A model generated the notes under the pieces. The model had not been told where the DNA came from and did not search any database. It saw nothing but the letters and a program-made list of their open reading frames with translations. From NCBI GenBank assembly GCA_944384265.1, contig CALWSR010000002.1:40361-104360 (forward strand): a DNA stretch of 64,000 nt. Direction: 5' to 3'. This document shows, piece by piece, positions 9,743 through 20,900 of the stretch. The position numbers and the translations under genes were made by a program. The stretch comes from an uncultured Clostridia bacterium (GTDB lineage: Bacteria; Bacillota; Clostridia; Lachnospirales; Anaerotignaceae). Position 1 is the stretch's first letter; the number at the start of each line of letters is the position of its first letter.

Positions 9743-10714
9743 TTATTGTGCCCAAACGCCCTTTTCATTACGCAAATCTCTTAAGCTTATAAAATATTTT
9801 TCTATCATTTTAATAGGCTGGTAAGAACGCTTTGCTTTTCTCATGCCTTCCAATCCCATATCTTCTTCTCTGTTGATATATTTTACATCTTGACATTCAT
9901 GCAAAACATACTGCTGATTTATCATAGGATATGCACCATCTATGGCAGCCTTTGCTTTTTCAATATGAATGAGCTGCATTTCTTTAGAAAGCCTTTCTCC
10001 TACTGTAAAAGCAACCAATTCATTTTTCACAAAAATGCAGCCCCCTGTCAGTCCCAATGCTTTTCTATGACGCAAAGCTAACATCACAGAGGTTCTTTCA
10101 TCAAATAATGCAGAAGAAGCAGCTTCTTTTTGGTCGCTCCAATCATTATATAGTGCAATACAATCCTCTATCATGCTATCCTCCAGCACAGCATAGGTAT
10201 AGTCAGGATATTTTGACATAAATTTGTTGATATGATTTCTTTTTCCGTGTAATTTTTTTCCTTTTAATGTGGCAAGGCTTTCTCTGTCATATACATAATC
10301 CCATGTGATTTCTAAGGGCTGTATACAAAGCTCCGGACAACACCTTTCTATTTTTTCTTTAAACGGTGTCCAAACAGAACGAAGTGTTGGTTCCACACCA
10401 ATTTGTTTCATATATTCTATGGCTGTGTAAACCGCTTTTCTATAATCTATATCCACACCATATTTTGGAATAGGCGCCCATAAATAGGTTGGTACCTTTT
10501 CAAAATCCAATTTGATATACAACACATTTTCCTTTTCTGCATATTCCATTTTGCCATTGGCTCCCCAAATGAACAAATTGGCAAAGGAAAGGTCAGAACA
10601 GCCTATATTCCATGGTTTTGTATAGCTTTCAATTTTTTCCTTGGCAGATAAATCAATGGGTTTAAACTGTAATATATTTTTCTCTGTTGGTTTTCGTTCC
10701 AATTCTAATTTCAT
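9743..10714 (-). CDS. DUF2156 / phosphatidylglycerol lysyltransferase C-terminal-like protein
   Basis: SFANLFIW, DYVY..ESLATLKGKKLHGKRNHINKF, HIEKA, GAYPMINQ, YINREEDMGLEGMRKAKRSYQP. Start at 10714 (GGAGG RBS). Confidence 0.88.
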   Translation of the reverse strand: MKLELERKPTEKNILQFKPIDLSAKEKIESYTKPWNIGCSDLSFANLFIWGANGKMEYAEKENVLYIKLDFEKVPTYLWAPIPKYGVDIDYRKAVYTAIEYMKQIGVEPTLRSVWTPFKEKIERCCPELCIQPLEITWDYVYDRESLATLKGKKLHGKRNHINKFMSKYPDYTYAVLEDSMIEDCIALYNDWSDQKEAASSALFDERTSVMLALRHRKALGLTGGCIFVKNELVAFTVGERLSKEMQLIHIEKAKAAIDGAYPMINQQYVLHECQDVKYINREEDMGLEGMRKAKRSYQPIKMIEKYFISLRDLRNEKGVWAQ

Positions 10715-10728
10715 AAAATCCTCCAAAT

Positions 10729-11838
10729 TTAATACTCATCTATAATATAACAATTTTGCTTTTTATAATATTCTGCAATTTTTTTTCCCTTTTCTTTGTG
10801 ATATATTGTTACCAATCCCCTTTGCTCCAATTCTTCTAAGCTATGGTATCCAAATAAAAGCTGTGTCATACTGCCGGCATTTAGTTTGATATCCGGCGGT
10901 TTTTCTGTTTTGGTGCCATCTAAATCAAAAACACCATTGTTTTCTAAAATCACATTGTCTTCCACTGCGATGGCATATCCCTTTTTTTCTCCTATCAGAC
11001 TCATCAGCTCAGACAACTGCAATACACCTGCCACACCCTTTTCCACAATTTCTTCCTCTGTAAATGGAAGGGATACACAAACATCCTCCGGCAATTTCAC
11101 AGAAAGCTTCAGCCCTTGCCCATAACAGCAAATTCCCTCTATCAGCTCCTGATAATACTGTTGTTCCTGTGCAACTGCCTCTGCACATTGTATGCTGTCT
11201 TCTGCAACATAAAAAACAGCATAGCCTTGCACTTCTTCATTGACTATATAGGCAATGACCTTGGCTCCATCTGCCCTATAATCCTCTATTTTTAATAAAA
11301 AATCAGCCATAGTTCTGCTGACAATACCAGAATATTTTTGGCTAAAAAGGTGATAGCAATGGTATAACAGCGAAAAATCCTTTTTTATTTCAAAAATATT
11401 CTTTTTTCGTTCTAAAATAGGAATCATTTCTGTTTTTATATATTTACATCTATTCACAGGCATATGTCCAAAAGAAAAATAGCTGTTTAGTTTTGCAGGT
11501 GTATGTACTGCAACAACAAATCCCTTCTCTCTCAGCATTTTCATGGTTTGTTTAAAAAGCCGGCTCATCAGTCCCTTTTTTCGGTGGCTTGGCTCCGTAC
11601 AAACACCACAAAGCATTGCTCCCTTTACAATTTTTCCACAAACAGAAATATGTAAGGGATAAGCCTGCATACAGCAAACCACTTTTCCATATTGTTCAAT
11701 ATATGTTGAAAAATCAGGCAAAAATCTCTTTTCAAACAGCCATTTTGAAAAAGCTTCGCTGTCTTCAAAGCAAATCCGCCAAAGATTATAAAAATCCTTT
11801 TGCTCTTTTTTTGTTGCAATTTTGACCATATTCATCAC
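10729..11838 (-). CDS. Eis-like GNAT acetyltransferase with C-terminal SCP2-like domain
   Basis: CGVCTEPSHRKKGLMSRL acetyl-CoA motif, YFSFG, C-terminal IAVEDNVILENNGVF..LTQLLFGY. Confidence 0.82.
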   Translation of the reverse strand: MMNMVKIATKKEQKDFYNLWRICFEDSEAFSKWLFEKRFLPDFSTYIEQYGKVVCCMQAYPLHISVCGKIVKGAMLCGVCTEPSHRKKGLMSRLFKQTMKMLREKGFVVAVHTPAKLNSYFSFGHMPVNRCKYIKTEMIPILERKKNIFEIKKDFSLLYHCYHLFSQKYSGIVSRTMADFLLKIEDYRADGAKVIAYIVNEEVQGYAVFYVAEDSIQCAEAVAQEQQYYQELIEGICCYGQGLKLSVKLPEDVCVSLPFTEEEIVEKGVAGVLQLSELMSLIGEKKGYAIAVEDNVILENNGVFDLDGTKTEKPPDIKLNAGSMTQLLFGYHSLEELEQRGLVTIYHKEKGKKIAEYYKKQNCYIIDEY

Positions 11839-11917
11839 CCATTTGTCTACACCAAATTTATGCTGTATTTTATTTTAGTACAAAAGAGAAAAAAAGTCAA
11901 ATGATACCCATTATCAT

Positions 11918-12472
11918 TTATTGTACTCTTTTTATTATTTTTTCATAAATTGGTATCATTTTTTCTTCTTTGCAATGGCTTTTTATGTCAAAAATAGGTA
12001 TCCATTGTACCCCCTTTGTTTCATTTTCGTTTAAAATCAGTTTATTTTTTTCTGATGCTTCAAAACAATATGTTACATTAAAATGTATATGAGGATGAAC
12101 ATATTTTTCTTTTTTATAATGCCCTTCTACTGTTAAAATATCAATAGATACAATGCCATTTTTTAGCATTTGAAATGCTTTGATTCCTGTTTCCTCCTCT
12201 GCTTCCTTCAACGCCACCTTTTGCAAATTTTCTTCTCCGTCTGCATGACCGCCTGTCCAAGACCAGGACTGATAAATATTGTGATAAATCATCAATACTT
12301 TGTCTTTTGTTTCATTAAAAATCATAGAAGACGCTGTCATGTGTGCCAATAAGCTGCTTCGATATAATATATTATCATAAAACAAATCAATATACTGTAA
12401 CATTGTCACTTTTTCCCATTCCTCCTGCTGTGTTTGAGGAACATATTTTTCAATTTCTTTTTTAAAATTCAT
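11918..12472 (-). CDS. NUDIX hydrolase
   Basis: AHMTAS, WSWTGGHADGEENLQKVALKEAEEETG Nudix box, HIHFNVTY. Start moved to MNFKK at 12472. Confidence 0.88.
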   Translation of the reverse strand: MNFKKEIEKYVPQTQQEEWEKVTMLQYIDLFYDNILYRSSLLAHMTASSMIFNETKDKVLMIYHNIYQSWSWTGGHADGEENLQKVALKEAEEETGIKAFQMLKNGIVSIDILTVEGHYKKEKYVHPHIHFNVTYCFEASEKNKLILNENETKGVQWIPIFDIKSHCKEEKMIPIYEKIIKRVQ

Positions 12473-13535
12473 ATTCTTTTTTTCCTTCTTTCCAACCCTT
12501 TTCCATGTAATACCTAAAAGCAGAAGGCAATGCATAGTGGCTGCGCATCTCTTCTTCTGTCACCCATACAAAATCACATTGCTTTCCTTCCAAGGCCTTT
12601 GCCTTTACAAAATATCCTTCCATATTCCATTGTATATGTGTAAAAATATGCTTTGCATTCCCCAATGGTTCCACTTTTCCACACAAAATTCCCCAGTCAA
12701 ATAGTTGCTGAAAAGGAGATATTTCTTCTTCTAACAATATATTGGGCAATTCCCATAAGTTTGACAGCAAGCCCTTTTGGGGTCTTTTGCACAATGCCAC
12801 TTTGTTCTCAAAAAGTATAAAAAACATCATACGATTTTCTACTTTTCTTGGCTTTTTTGGTGCCTTATAGGGAAAATCCATCATACGATTTTGCTGATAT
12901 GCCTGACAATACCCTTGCAATGGGCATATTTCACATTTTGGAACACCGTTTGGCAGACAAATCACTGCTCCCAGCTCCATCAAAGCCTGGTTAAAAATAC
13001 TGGGATTGGTATGCTGCAATAATTCCTTTATCCTATTATAAAAATCCTTTTTGACTTCTTTTTGTGTAATATCTCTGCCATCAGCAGTCAGTCGTGTCAT
13101 GACACGAAGTACATTGCCATCCACAGCCGCCTCCGGCAGTCCAAAAGCAATGGAAGAAATTGCCCCTGCTGTATATTCCCCAATGCCTTTTAATTTTAAT
13201 AATTTTTCATAGGACATAGGCAGCTGTCCCTGATACTGCTCCATGATTTCTATGGCAGCTTTTTGCATATTTTTTACTCTATTATAATATCCAAGCCCCT
13301 GCCACAGCTTCAAAAGTCTTTCCTCAGATGCTTCCGACAACGCTTTTATAGTTGGCAGCTCCTGCATAAAACGGATATAATATTCTTTCACAGCCTCTAC
13401 CCTTGTCTGCTGGAGCATAATTTCTGATACCCATACACCATAGGCAGTCGGTTCTTTTCTCCAAGGCAGCTCACGGGCATATAATTGATACCATTGTGTC
13501 AATGGTTTTATCATTTTTTTCAATTTTATATACAC
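12462..13535 (-). CDS. mutY: A/G-specific adenine glycosylase MutY
   Basis: LPWR..YGVWVSEIMLQQT, WQGLGYY, HhH LKGIGEYTAGAI, VDGNVLRV, FeS motif C.PNGVPKCEICPL..YC. True start may be 13523 or 13514. Confidence 0.95.
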   Translation of the reverse strand: MYIKLKKMIKPLTQWYQLYARELPWRKEPTAYGVWVSEIMLQQTRVEAVKEYYIRFMQELPTIKALSEASEERLLKLWQGLGYYNRVKNMQKAAIEIMEQYQGQLPMSYEKLLKLKGIGEYTAGAISSIAFGLPEAAVDGNVLRVMTRLTADGRDITQKEVKKDFYNRIKELLQHTNPSIFNQALMELGAVICLPNGVPKCEICPLQGYCQAYQQNRMMDFPYKAPKKPRKVENRMMFFILFENKVALCKRPQKGLLSNLWELPNILLEEEISPFQQLFDWGILCGKVEPLGNAKHIFTHIQWNMEGYFVKAKALEGKQCDFVWVTEEEMRSHYALPSAFRYYMEKGWKEGKKEYEF

Positions 13536-13544
13536 CTCTATACA

Positions 13545-13578
13545 AAATGCCCGATTGCAGTATTGCTATCGGGCATTT
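13545..13578 (-). terminator. Terminator after purH
   Basis: AAATGCCCGAT...ATCGGGCATTT inverted repeat. Confidence 0.7.
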
Positions 13579-13591
13579 ATTTTTTTATTTT

Positions 13592-15148
13592 TTAATGTCT
13601 AAAATGACGCATACCTGTAAATACCATTGCAATGCCTGCCGCATCACAGGCATCAATAGATTCTTGGTCCCGTACAGAACCGCCGGGCTGTATGATTGCT
13701 GTAATACCGGCCTTTGCACAAGCCTCTACACAGTCAGAAAATGGGAAAAAGGCATCAGAAGCCAATACAGCTCCCTTTACAGTGTCTGCTCCCAAATGAT
13801 TTGTGCCATGCTCAATGGCTTGTTCACAAGCCCATATTCTGTTGACCTGTCCCGGACCAACACCAACAGATTGTTTGTTCTTTCCAATGGCAATGCCGTT
13901 TGATTTTACGTATTTTACAATTTTCCATGTAAAAAGCAAATCCTCCATTTCTTTCTCTGTTGGTTTCCGTTTTGTCACCACTTTCAAATCCTGCTCTATG
14001 AACAAAGCATTGTCCACATCCTGCACCAATATACCGCCGGAAACCTTTTTCATGTCCAAAGCCCCTACCGGTTGTTTTTGCTGTATGCCTTCCAGTGTCA
14101 TAATGCGGATGTTTTTCTTTTGTTTTAACACTTCCAAAGCATCCTCAGCAAAGGAAGGTGCCAATATGATTTCTACAAATATTTTGCTGATTTCTTCTGC
14201 GGTTTTTTTGTCAATCTCTCTGTTTGACACAATAATACCGCCAAAAATAGAAACAGGGTCAGATTCATATGCTTTCCTATAAGCTTCATAAATGGTATCT
14301 GCACTGCCCACACCACAGGGATTTGCGTGTTTGCAGGCTACAATGGTAGGCTCTGTATATTCTTTAAGTAGTTCCAATGCACCGTTTGTGTCATTGATAT
14401 TGTTAAATGAAAGCTCTTTGCCATGCAGCTGCACAGCATTTGTAAGCGCCCCTTCGTTTGCTCCCACTTCTTTATAAAATGCTGCATTTTGATGTGGATT
14501 TTCGCCATAACGCATTTGCTGTACCTTTTCATAGGTAAAGGTCAATGTATCGGGAAATTGTTCTATACCAGCTTGTTTTTTCATATAGCCGGCAATCAGG
14601 CTGTCATAGTGAGAAGTGTGCATAAATACCTTTGTGCTGAGATAAAACTTTGTGTCAAGGGAAATTTCATTTCTCTCTTTCAATTCTGCAATCACTTTGC
14701 CATAATCAGCAGGGTCAATCACCACGGCCACATCCTGATAATTTTTTGCTGCCGCACGAATCATGGTAGGCCCGCCAATATCAATGTTTTCAATGGCTTC
14801 CTCTCTTGTTACCCCCGGCTTTAATATGGTTTGCTTAAAGGGATATAAATTGACTACAACCATATCAATGGTATCAATGCCCAAATCAGAAAGCTGTTTC
14901 ATATGCTCTTGATTTCCTCTTATTGCCAGAATACCTGCATGAATAGAAGGATGCAGTGTTTTTACCCGACCGTCCAAGCACTCCGGAAAATTGGTTATGT
15001 CAGAAATGCCAATGACAGCAATTCCTGCGTTTTTTAATGCCTGATAAGTTCCTCCCGTAGAAATGATTTCTACCCCCAAGGAGGAAAGCTCCTTTGCAAA
15101 ATCTATGATTCCTGTTTTGTCAGACACACTAATCAATGCACGTTTCAT
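13592..15148 (-). CDS. purH: Bifunctional AICAR transformylase / IMP cyclohydrolase
   Basis: [57 protein letters not shown]. True start 15148 (GGAGG RBS); the ORF-track extension is riboswitch sequence. Confidence 0.97.
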   Translation of the reverse strand: MKRALISVSDKTGIIDFAKELSSLGVEIISTGGTYQALKNAGIAVIGISDITNFPECLDGRVKTLHPSIHAGILAIRGNQEHMKQLSDLGIDTIDMVVVNLYPFKQTILKPGVTREEAIENIDIGGPTMIRAAAKNYQDVAVVIDPADYGKVIAELKERNEISLDTKFYLSTKVFMHTSHYDSLIAGYMKKQAGIEQFPDTLTFTYEKVQQMRYGENPHQNAAFYKEVGANEGALTNAVQLHGKELSFNNINDTNGALELLKEYTEPTIVACKHANPCGVGSADTIYEAYRKAYESDPVSIFGGIIVSNREIDKKTAEEISKIFVEIILAPSFAEDALEVLKQKKNIRIMTLEGIQQKQPVGALDMKKVSGGILVQDVDNALFIEQDLKVVTKRKPTEKEMEDLLFTWKIVKYVKSNGIAIGKNKQSVGVGPGQVNRIWACEQAIEHGTNHLGADTVKGAVLASDAFFPFSDCVEACAKAGITAIIQPGGSVRDQESIDACDAAGIAMVFTGMRHFRH

Positions 15149-15187
15149 AAAAATAGCCTCCTTCATACAATCCATGTCATCTACAAC

Positions 15188-15227
15188 GAAAAAACCACCT
15201 GGGACATATTTTAATTTGCCCAGGCGG
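15188..15227 (-). terminator. Riboswitch expression-platform terminator
   Basis: CCGCCTGGG..CCCAGGTGG followed by TTTTTT; overlaps the aptamer 3' stem. Confidence 0.85.
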
Positions 15228-15287
15228 TCGGCTTTTTCATTTGTACTCCCTGTGGTTTTTCCACTTCCGCCAGTCATACAAATGCTT
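15215..15287 (-). ncRNA. ZMP/ZTP riboswitch (pfl motif)
   Basis: GACTGGCGGAAGTGGAAAAACCACAGGGAG...AAAAAGCCGACCGCCTGGGCA directly upstream of purH matches the pfl consensus as recalled. Confidence 0.92.
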
Positions 15288-15324
15288 CATTCTTTTTTCA
15301 TTATATACTATTTTTTGTCATCTA

Positions 15325-16659
15325 TCAACCTAAAATTAATTTCAATAAAAATAATAGTGCAATAATGATAATAACAGGATTCAATTCCTTTGCTCTGCCT
15401 GTAAACAGCTTTAATAAAACATAAGAAATGGTGCCAAATACCAAGCCTTCTGAAATACTATATGCCACCACCATCATCAATATGGTGATAAAAGCAGGAA
15501 AACCCTCTGTATAATCAGAAAATGTAATGTTTGTTACATTTTCCAGCATAAATAACCCCACTACAATCAATGCCGGTGCTGTTGCAAAGGATGGTATGAC
15601 TGAAATGACAGGTGTAAAAATCAATGCCACCAAAAACAATATACCTGCTGTAAAAGAAGTCAGCCCTGTTCTGCCGCCGTCAGCCACACCGGAAGCACTT
15701 TCCACAAATGTTGTGACCGTAGAGGTACCCAGCACTGCTCCTGCTGTGGTGCCAATGGCGTCTGCAAACAATGCTCCTTTGATTTTAGGCAGCTTGCCAT
15801 CCTTGTCCAAAAATCCTGCTTTAGAAGAAACACCTATCAGTGTGCCTAATGTATCAAACAAATCTACAAATAAAAATGCAAATACAATGACAACAAAATC
15901 AAATGAAAATACAAAGCTAAAATCCATTTTCATAGCAATGGGTGCCAGAGATGGCGGTGCAGAGATGATACCACTGGGTATCAAAGAATACATACCCGCT
16001 TCCGGATTGACCGTATACAGCCCTGCCAGCTGACAGAGAATGCCCAATACATATGTTGCAAGAATGCCCCAAAGCAACGCCCCTTTTATTTTTTTGATAA
16101 CAAATACCATAGTAATAATGGTCCCAAACAATGCCAGTGCAACAGGCACAGTTTTGACATCACCCAATGCAACCAATGTAGCAGAATCTACAATAATTCC
16201 TGCATTTTGCATTCCGATAAATGCAATAAAAAGTCCAATTCCTACACTGGTTGCTGACTTCATATTTTTAGGGATTGCATTAAATATCATCTCTCGCACA
16301 TTTACCATGGATAACAATATAAATATAATACCTTCCACAAATACTGCTGCCAGTGCAACCCTCCAGTCATATCCATACTGCCCCACTACGGTATAAGCAA
16401 AATATGCATTTAGGCCCATACCAGGAGCCAGTGCAAAAGGATAGTTTGAAAAAAATGCCATACAAAATGTACCAATGGCTGCTGCCACTGCTGTTGCTGT
16501 CAGCAATGCCCCTGAATCCATACCCGTTGCCCCCAATACACTGGGATTGACAATGAGGATATATGCCATTGTCATAAATGTTGTCAGGCCTGCCATCAGT
16601 TCTGTTTTTACAGTTGTGTTGTTTTGTTTCAATTGAAAACACTTTTCTAATAATTCCAC
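15325..16659 (-). CDS. NCS2 family purine permease (PbuG/AzgA-like)
   Basis: ELMAGLTTFMTMAYILIVNP, LAPGMGLNAYF, DLFDTLGTL, FVESASGVADGGRTGL. Confidence 0.93.
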   Translation of the reverse strand: MELLEKCFQLKQNNTTVKTELMAGLTTFMTMAYILIVNPSVLGATGMDSGALLTATAVAAAIGTFCMAFFSNYPFALAPGMGLNAYFAYTVVGQYGYDWRVALAAVFVEGIIFILLSMVNVREMIFNAIPKNMKSATSVGIGLFIAFIGMQNAGIIVDSATLVALGDVKTVPVALALFGTIITMVFVIKKIKGALLWGILATYVLGILCQLAGLYTVNPEAGMYSLIPSGIISAPPSLAPIAMKMDFSFVFSFDFVVIVFAFLFVDLFDTLGTLIGVSSKAGFLDKDGKLPKIKGALFADAIGTTAGAVLGTSTVTTFVESASGVADGGRTGLTSFTAGILFLVALIFTPVISVIPSFATAPALIVVGLFMLENVTNITFSDYTEGFPAFITILMMVVAYSISEGLVFGTISYVLLKLFTGRAKELNPVIIIIALLFLLKLILG

Positions 16660-16714
16660 AGGTTCCCCTCCTTTTTGATTTATTTTATGGAATCATTCTT
16701 TTCTGACGTTAATC

Positions 16715-16743
16715 ATCATATCAAAGACATATTGCTGTGTCAA
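16715..16743 (-). promoter_or_regulatory. SigA promoter of the NCS2 permease
   Basis: TTGACA, 17 bp, TG-n-TATGAT. Confidence 0.7.
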
Positions 16744-16912
16744 TTCAAAATCAATGTAATGCTTTCTATAAAATACTATAAATTTTATGAGATTTTTTGT
16801 TATATCTTGTGTAAAGCTCTTTGCTGTGATAGTATAATAATTAGTTCTCTGCCGTAAATTTTTGTTACGGCAGTATTCTTTTCAAGTATGTATATCAAAA
16901 CGGAGGTTAAAT

Positions 16913-18451
16913 ATGAATCAAGAATTAATTATGATTTTAGATTTTGGCGGACAATATAATCAGTTGATTGCCAGACGGGTTCGTGAACATCATGTTTATT
17001 GTGAAATTGTACCATGGAATAAGCCTATAACAGAAATTAAGAAAAAAAATCCAAAGGGTATCATTTTTACAGGCGGCCCCAACAGTGTGTATGATGAAAA
17101 AGCACCCCGTTGCTCAGAAGAATTGTTCCAATTAGGCATTCCTGTCCTTGGTATATGCTATGGCTGTCAGCTTATGGCGTTTACATTGGGCGGAAAGGTT
17201 GGAAATGCCGGCGAAAAAAGTGAATATGGAAAAGCAGAAGTTACATTTAATACCTCCAGTAAGCTTCTAAAAGGCATTGAAAAACAGGAAATTTGTTGGA
17301 TGAGCCACACAGACTATGTGACACAGCTGCCAGAAGGTTTTCAAGTGATTGGCACCACACCCACATGTCCTGCTGCTGCCATTGCATGTGAGGAAAAGAA
17401 ATTTTATGGTGTGCAGTTCCATCCTGAAGTAAACCATACTCCAAAGGGCTCTCAAATGCTTTATAACTTTTTGTATGAAATCTGTGGCTGCAGCGGACAG
17501 TGGACCATGACCAATTACATCGAAGACCAAATTCAATCCATTCGCAATCAAGTGGGAGATGGAAAAGTGCTTTGTGCCCTTTCCGGCGGTGTGGACTCCA
17601 GTGTTGTTGCAGCATTGGTTTCCAAGGCAGTGGGAAAGCAGCTTACTTGTGTTTTTGTAGATAATGGTTTGATGCGTAAAAATGAAGGTGATGAAGTGGA
17701 GGCCGTTTTCAGCAATCTCTTTGATTCTCATTTTGTGCGTGCCAATGCACAGCAACGCTTTTTGACAAAATTAAAGGGTGTGACAGAGCCGGAAAGCAAA
17801 CGAAAAATCATAGGTGAAGAATTTATTCGTGTATTTGAAGATGAAGCTAAAAAAATTGGCAAAGTAAATTATCTTGTGCAAGGCACCATATATCCTGATG
17901 TCATTGAAAGTGGTCTTGGCGACAGTGCTGTTATTAAATCTCATCATAATGTAGGCGGCCTGCCTGATGTTGTAGACTTTGAAGAATTGATTGAGCCTCT
18001 TAGACTGCTCTTTAAGGATGAAGTACGCCAAATGGGTATTGAATTGGGATTGCCAGATACACTTGTTTGGCGGCAGCCCTTCCCTGGTCCCGGACTTGGC
18101 ATTCGTGTCATAGGAGAAGTAACAGAAGATAAATTAGAGATATTGAGAGAAGCAGATGCTATTTTTAGACAAGAAATTGCCCTCGCCGGATTAGACCGCA
18201 GTATCAATCAATATTTTGCAGTGATTACAGATATGAGAAGCGTTGGCGTTATGGGTGACTTTAGAACATATGATTATACCGTTGCACTGCGTGGTGTTAC
18301 CACAACAGACTTCATGACCGCTGATTGGGCTAGAATTCCTTATGAAGTTTTGGATAAGATTTCTGTTCGTATCGTAAATGAGGTAAAACACGTGAATCGT
18401 ATTGTCTATGATATTACCAGTAAACCACCAGCAACCATTGAATGGGAATGA
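16913..18451 (+). CDS. guaA: GMP synthase (glutamine-hydrolysing)
   Basis: [60 protein letters not shown]. Start 16913 after GGAGG. Confidence 0.98.
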   Translation: MNQELIMILDFGGQYNQLIARRVREHHVYCEIVPWNKPITEIKKKNPKGIIFTGGPNSVYDEKAPRCSEELFQLGIPVLGICYGCQLMAFTLGGKVGNAGEKSEYGKAEVTFNTSSKLLKGIEKQEICWMSHTDYVTQLPEGFQVIGTTPTCPAAAIACEEKKFYGVQFHPEVNHTPKGSQMLYNFLYEICGCSGQWTMTNYIEDQIQSIRNQVGDGKVLCALSGGVDSSVVAALVSKAVGKQLTCVFVDNGLMRKNEGDEVEAVFSNLFDSHFVRANAQQRFLTKLKGVTEPESKRKIIGEEFIRVFEDEAKKIGKVNYLVQGTIYPDVIESGLGDSAVIKSHHNVGGLPDVVDFEELIEPLRLLFKDEVRQMGIELGLPDTLVWRQPFPGPGLGIRVIGEVTEDKLEILREADAIFRQEIALAGLDRSINQYFAVITDMRSVGVMGDFRTYDYTVALRGVTTTDFMTADWARIPYEVLDKISVRIVNEVKHVNRIVYDITSKPPATIEWE

Positions 18452-18656
18452 TTAAAATTTTTTTGAAAACCGCATAAACAGTGGATTTGAGAAAATTTGA
18501 AGGGGTATTTGATAACAAATTGATAATACTGCTAGAAAAGTATTTACTCATAAGTAAGCCAGTGGCTAGCAGGTTATCGTAGTATACTATGAGAAGAAAT
18601 ATGGTCTTACCAAATAAGTGTTATGTATTTGGTAAGACTTTTTTTGTTGTCAAAAG

Positions 18657-19115
18657 TTATTTGTTATTTTTTCCCATATTGGGGTAGGTATAACGCCATT
18701 GGTCATACTGCTTTTTTGTAATTTCGCCAGAGTTCAATTTTTCCCTTTGTTGTTGCCAAGCGGAAACCATATCAAACATAGAAAGATAGGTTGTTCCTTT
18801 GCTTTTATCAAGGCGAATACAGAGTTCTCCATTGATTTCATCAGCATACAAACCGTAAACATCTTCCAATGTGAAAAGTGTATGTATCAGTCCGATGTAA
18901 CTGTCAATATCAGGAACAGCAAGTGCGTGAGGGGAAATCTCAAAAATTTCCGCTAGTGCATTTAGATATTTTTCTTTGGGACTGCGAACACCTTTTTCAT
19001 ATTGTGCAATGCGAACGTCGGCTTGCATATCGTTAAAACCAAGCAACTTTCCTAAATATTTTTGTGTAAAGCCATGAAGTAGTCTAAAATGGTGTATTCT
19101 TTCTCCGATTGCCAT
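18657..19115 (-). CDS. XRE-family HTH regulator of element 1
   Basis: MAIGERIHHFRLLHGFTQKYLG..RIAQYEKGVRSPK HTH; divergent from xis-int. Confidence 0.88.
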   Translation of the reverse strand: MAIGERIHHFRLLHGFTQKYLGKLLGFNDMQADVRIAQYEKGVRSPKEKYLNALAEIFEISPHALAVPDIDSYIGLIHTLFTLEDVYGLYADEINGELCIRLDKSKGTTYLSMFDMVSAWQQQREKLNSGEITKKQYDQWRYTYPNMGKNNK

Positions 19116-19250
19116 AAGTATTCTCTCCTAACTTATATTGATACTTCAGTATAACATAAAAGTATGGGAATCATCAATAAAAAACAATACAAAAAAGTAT
19201 AGTAAGATATAGATATACAAATTAGTATAGTAGTGAATGAAAGTGTAGTT

Positions 19251-19439
19251 ATGGAAAAAATGTCTTTAAAAGTATCAGATATTATGGAGATATTAGATGT
19301 TTCAAAATCTTATACTTATAAATTGATACGAAAGTTAAATAAAGAACTAGAAAAGAAAGGCTGTTTTGTAATAGCTGGACGAATTGACCATGCGTTTTTT
19401 TACGAACATTTTTACGGAACACAAAAAAGGAGAGATTAA
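19251..19439 (+). CDS. Excisionase-like HTH DNA-binding protein
   Basis: LKVSDIMEILDVSKSYTYKLIRKLNKEL..GRI; stop abuts the integrase ATG. Confidence 0.75.
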   Translation: MEKMSLKVSDIMEILDVSKSYTYKLIRKLNKELEKKGCFVIAGRIDHAFFYEHFYGTQKRRD

Positions 19440-20524
19440 ATGCCTGTTTACAAAAATGAAAAAAATAATACTTGGTATGTTATGGCTCGCTACAAAGATT
19501 GGAAAGGCGAACGAAAACAGAAATATCAGAGAGGATTTACTACAAAGCAAGAGGTTTAAAACTGGGAGCGGCAGTTCCAACTTCAGAAAAAATCTGATAT
19601 AGATATGACATTGGAAAGTTTTTGCAAATTGTATGAAAAAGATATGAGACCACGATTGAAAGAAAATACTTGGTTGACAAAAGAAAACATCATACAAAGC
19701 AAAATATTGCCATATTTAGAACAACGTAAGTTGTCGGAAATTACTGCAAAGATATGATTGATTGGCAGAATGAAATGTGAAATCAAAAAGGGAAAACTGG
19801 AAAAGTTGTTTTACCAACCTATCTGAAAACCATTCTTGCACAGTTAAGTTCTATATTTAATCATGCCATTCGTTATTATGACTTATCAATCAATCCAGCG
19901 AAAAAAGCAGGTACAATGGGTATGGAAGAAAGCAAAGAAATGTTGTTCTGAACAAAAGAAGAATACTTGAAATTTGCTGATATGATGATGGACAAACCAC
20001 TTTCCTATTATGCTTTTGAAATGCTTTACTGGTGTGGTATTCGAGAGGGGGAATTACTTGCTTTAACTCCAGCAGATTTTGATTTTGAAAACAGGACAGT
20101 GACAAGCAACAAATCTTATCAGAGGTTAAAAGGGAAAGATGTGATTACTGTTCCTAAAACGAAAAAAAGTAATAGAGTGATAAGAATACCGCAATTTCTA
20201 GCAGAAGAAATGCAGGATTGCTTGAAACTATTTTATAGTTTGAAAGCAAATGACAGGATTTTTTCAGTGACAAAACATTATTTGTTACACAAAATAGATA
20301 GAGGTTCTAAAATTGCTGGAGTAAAAAGGATACGCATACATGACCTCAGACATAGTCATGTTAGTTTATTGATTGATATGGGATTTACTGCTTTTGCGAT
20401 TGGTGGCAGAGTAGGACACGAAAGTGAAAAAATTACATACAGATATGCACATCTGTTTCCATCAAGGCAGGCGGAGATGGCAGATTGTCTTGATTTTGAG
20501 AGAACAGGTGATGATATAAAATAA
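19440..20524 (+). pseudogene. Tyrosine recombinase/integrase pseudogene
   Basis: MPVYKNEKNNTWYV..; in-frame stops near 19557, 19778 and 19948. C-terminal GIREGELLAL and RIHDLRHSH..RVGH..TYRYAHL catalytic motifs. Confidence 0.92.
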
Positions 20525-20551
20525 AATTAAATTAAGGAAAGGAATGTTGTT

Positions 20552-20875
20552 ATGTCAGTCAAAAAAGTAGACCAACAAGGTTGTTGGAGAAGTAAAACAG
20601 TTTCTTTTAGAGTATCTCCAAAAGAAAACAAACAAATTGAAATTGCAGTCAAACTTTCAGGTATGGGTAAGTAAGATTTTATTATTTGTTGCTTACAAAA
20701 AAGAAACATTGAAGTGACAGGAAATCCCAAAGTGTATAAAGCACTCAAAAATCAATTAGAGAGTGTACTGAATGAGCTTTATCGTATTGAAACAGGTAAC
20801 ACAGTATCGCAAGATTGATTGGATACTATCAAATTGATTACTATGACAATGCAAGGCATGAAAAATAGTAATTAG
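20552..20875 (+). pseudogene. MobC-like ribbon-helix-helix protein pseudogene
   Basis: MSVKKVDQQGCWRSKTVSFRVSPKENKQIEIAVKLSGMGK*DF..NPKVYKALKNQL, with two internal stops; not in ORF track. Confidence 0.7.
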
Positions 20876-20900
20876 GAAATGCAAAAAAGGAGGAAAATTT

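Noticed and set aside
15149-15277. N-terminal extension of PurH in the ORF track (likewise the extensions of guaA, bglA, bglF, NUDIX and the ABC ATPase)
   Set aside because: Strong RBSs and family-typical starts lie downstream; the purH extension is riboswitch sequence.
16660-16912. Purine (guanine) riboswitch ahead of the NCS2 permease or guaA
   Set aside because: No TATAA..ATATGG..GTTTCTACC..CCGTAAA..GACTA core on either strand, and the permease leader is too short.
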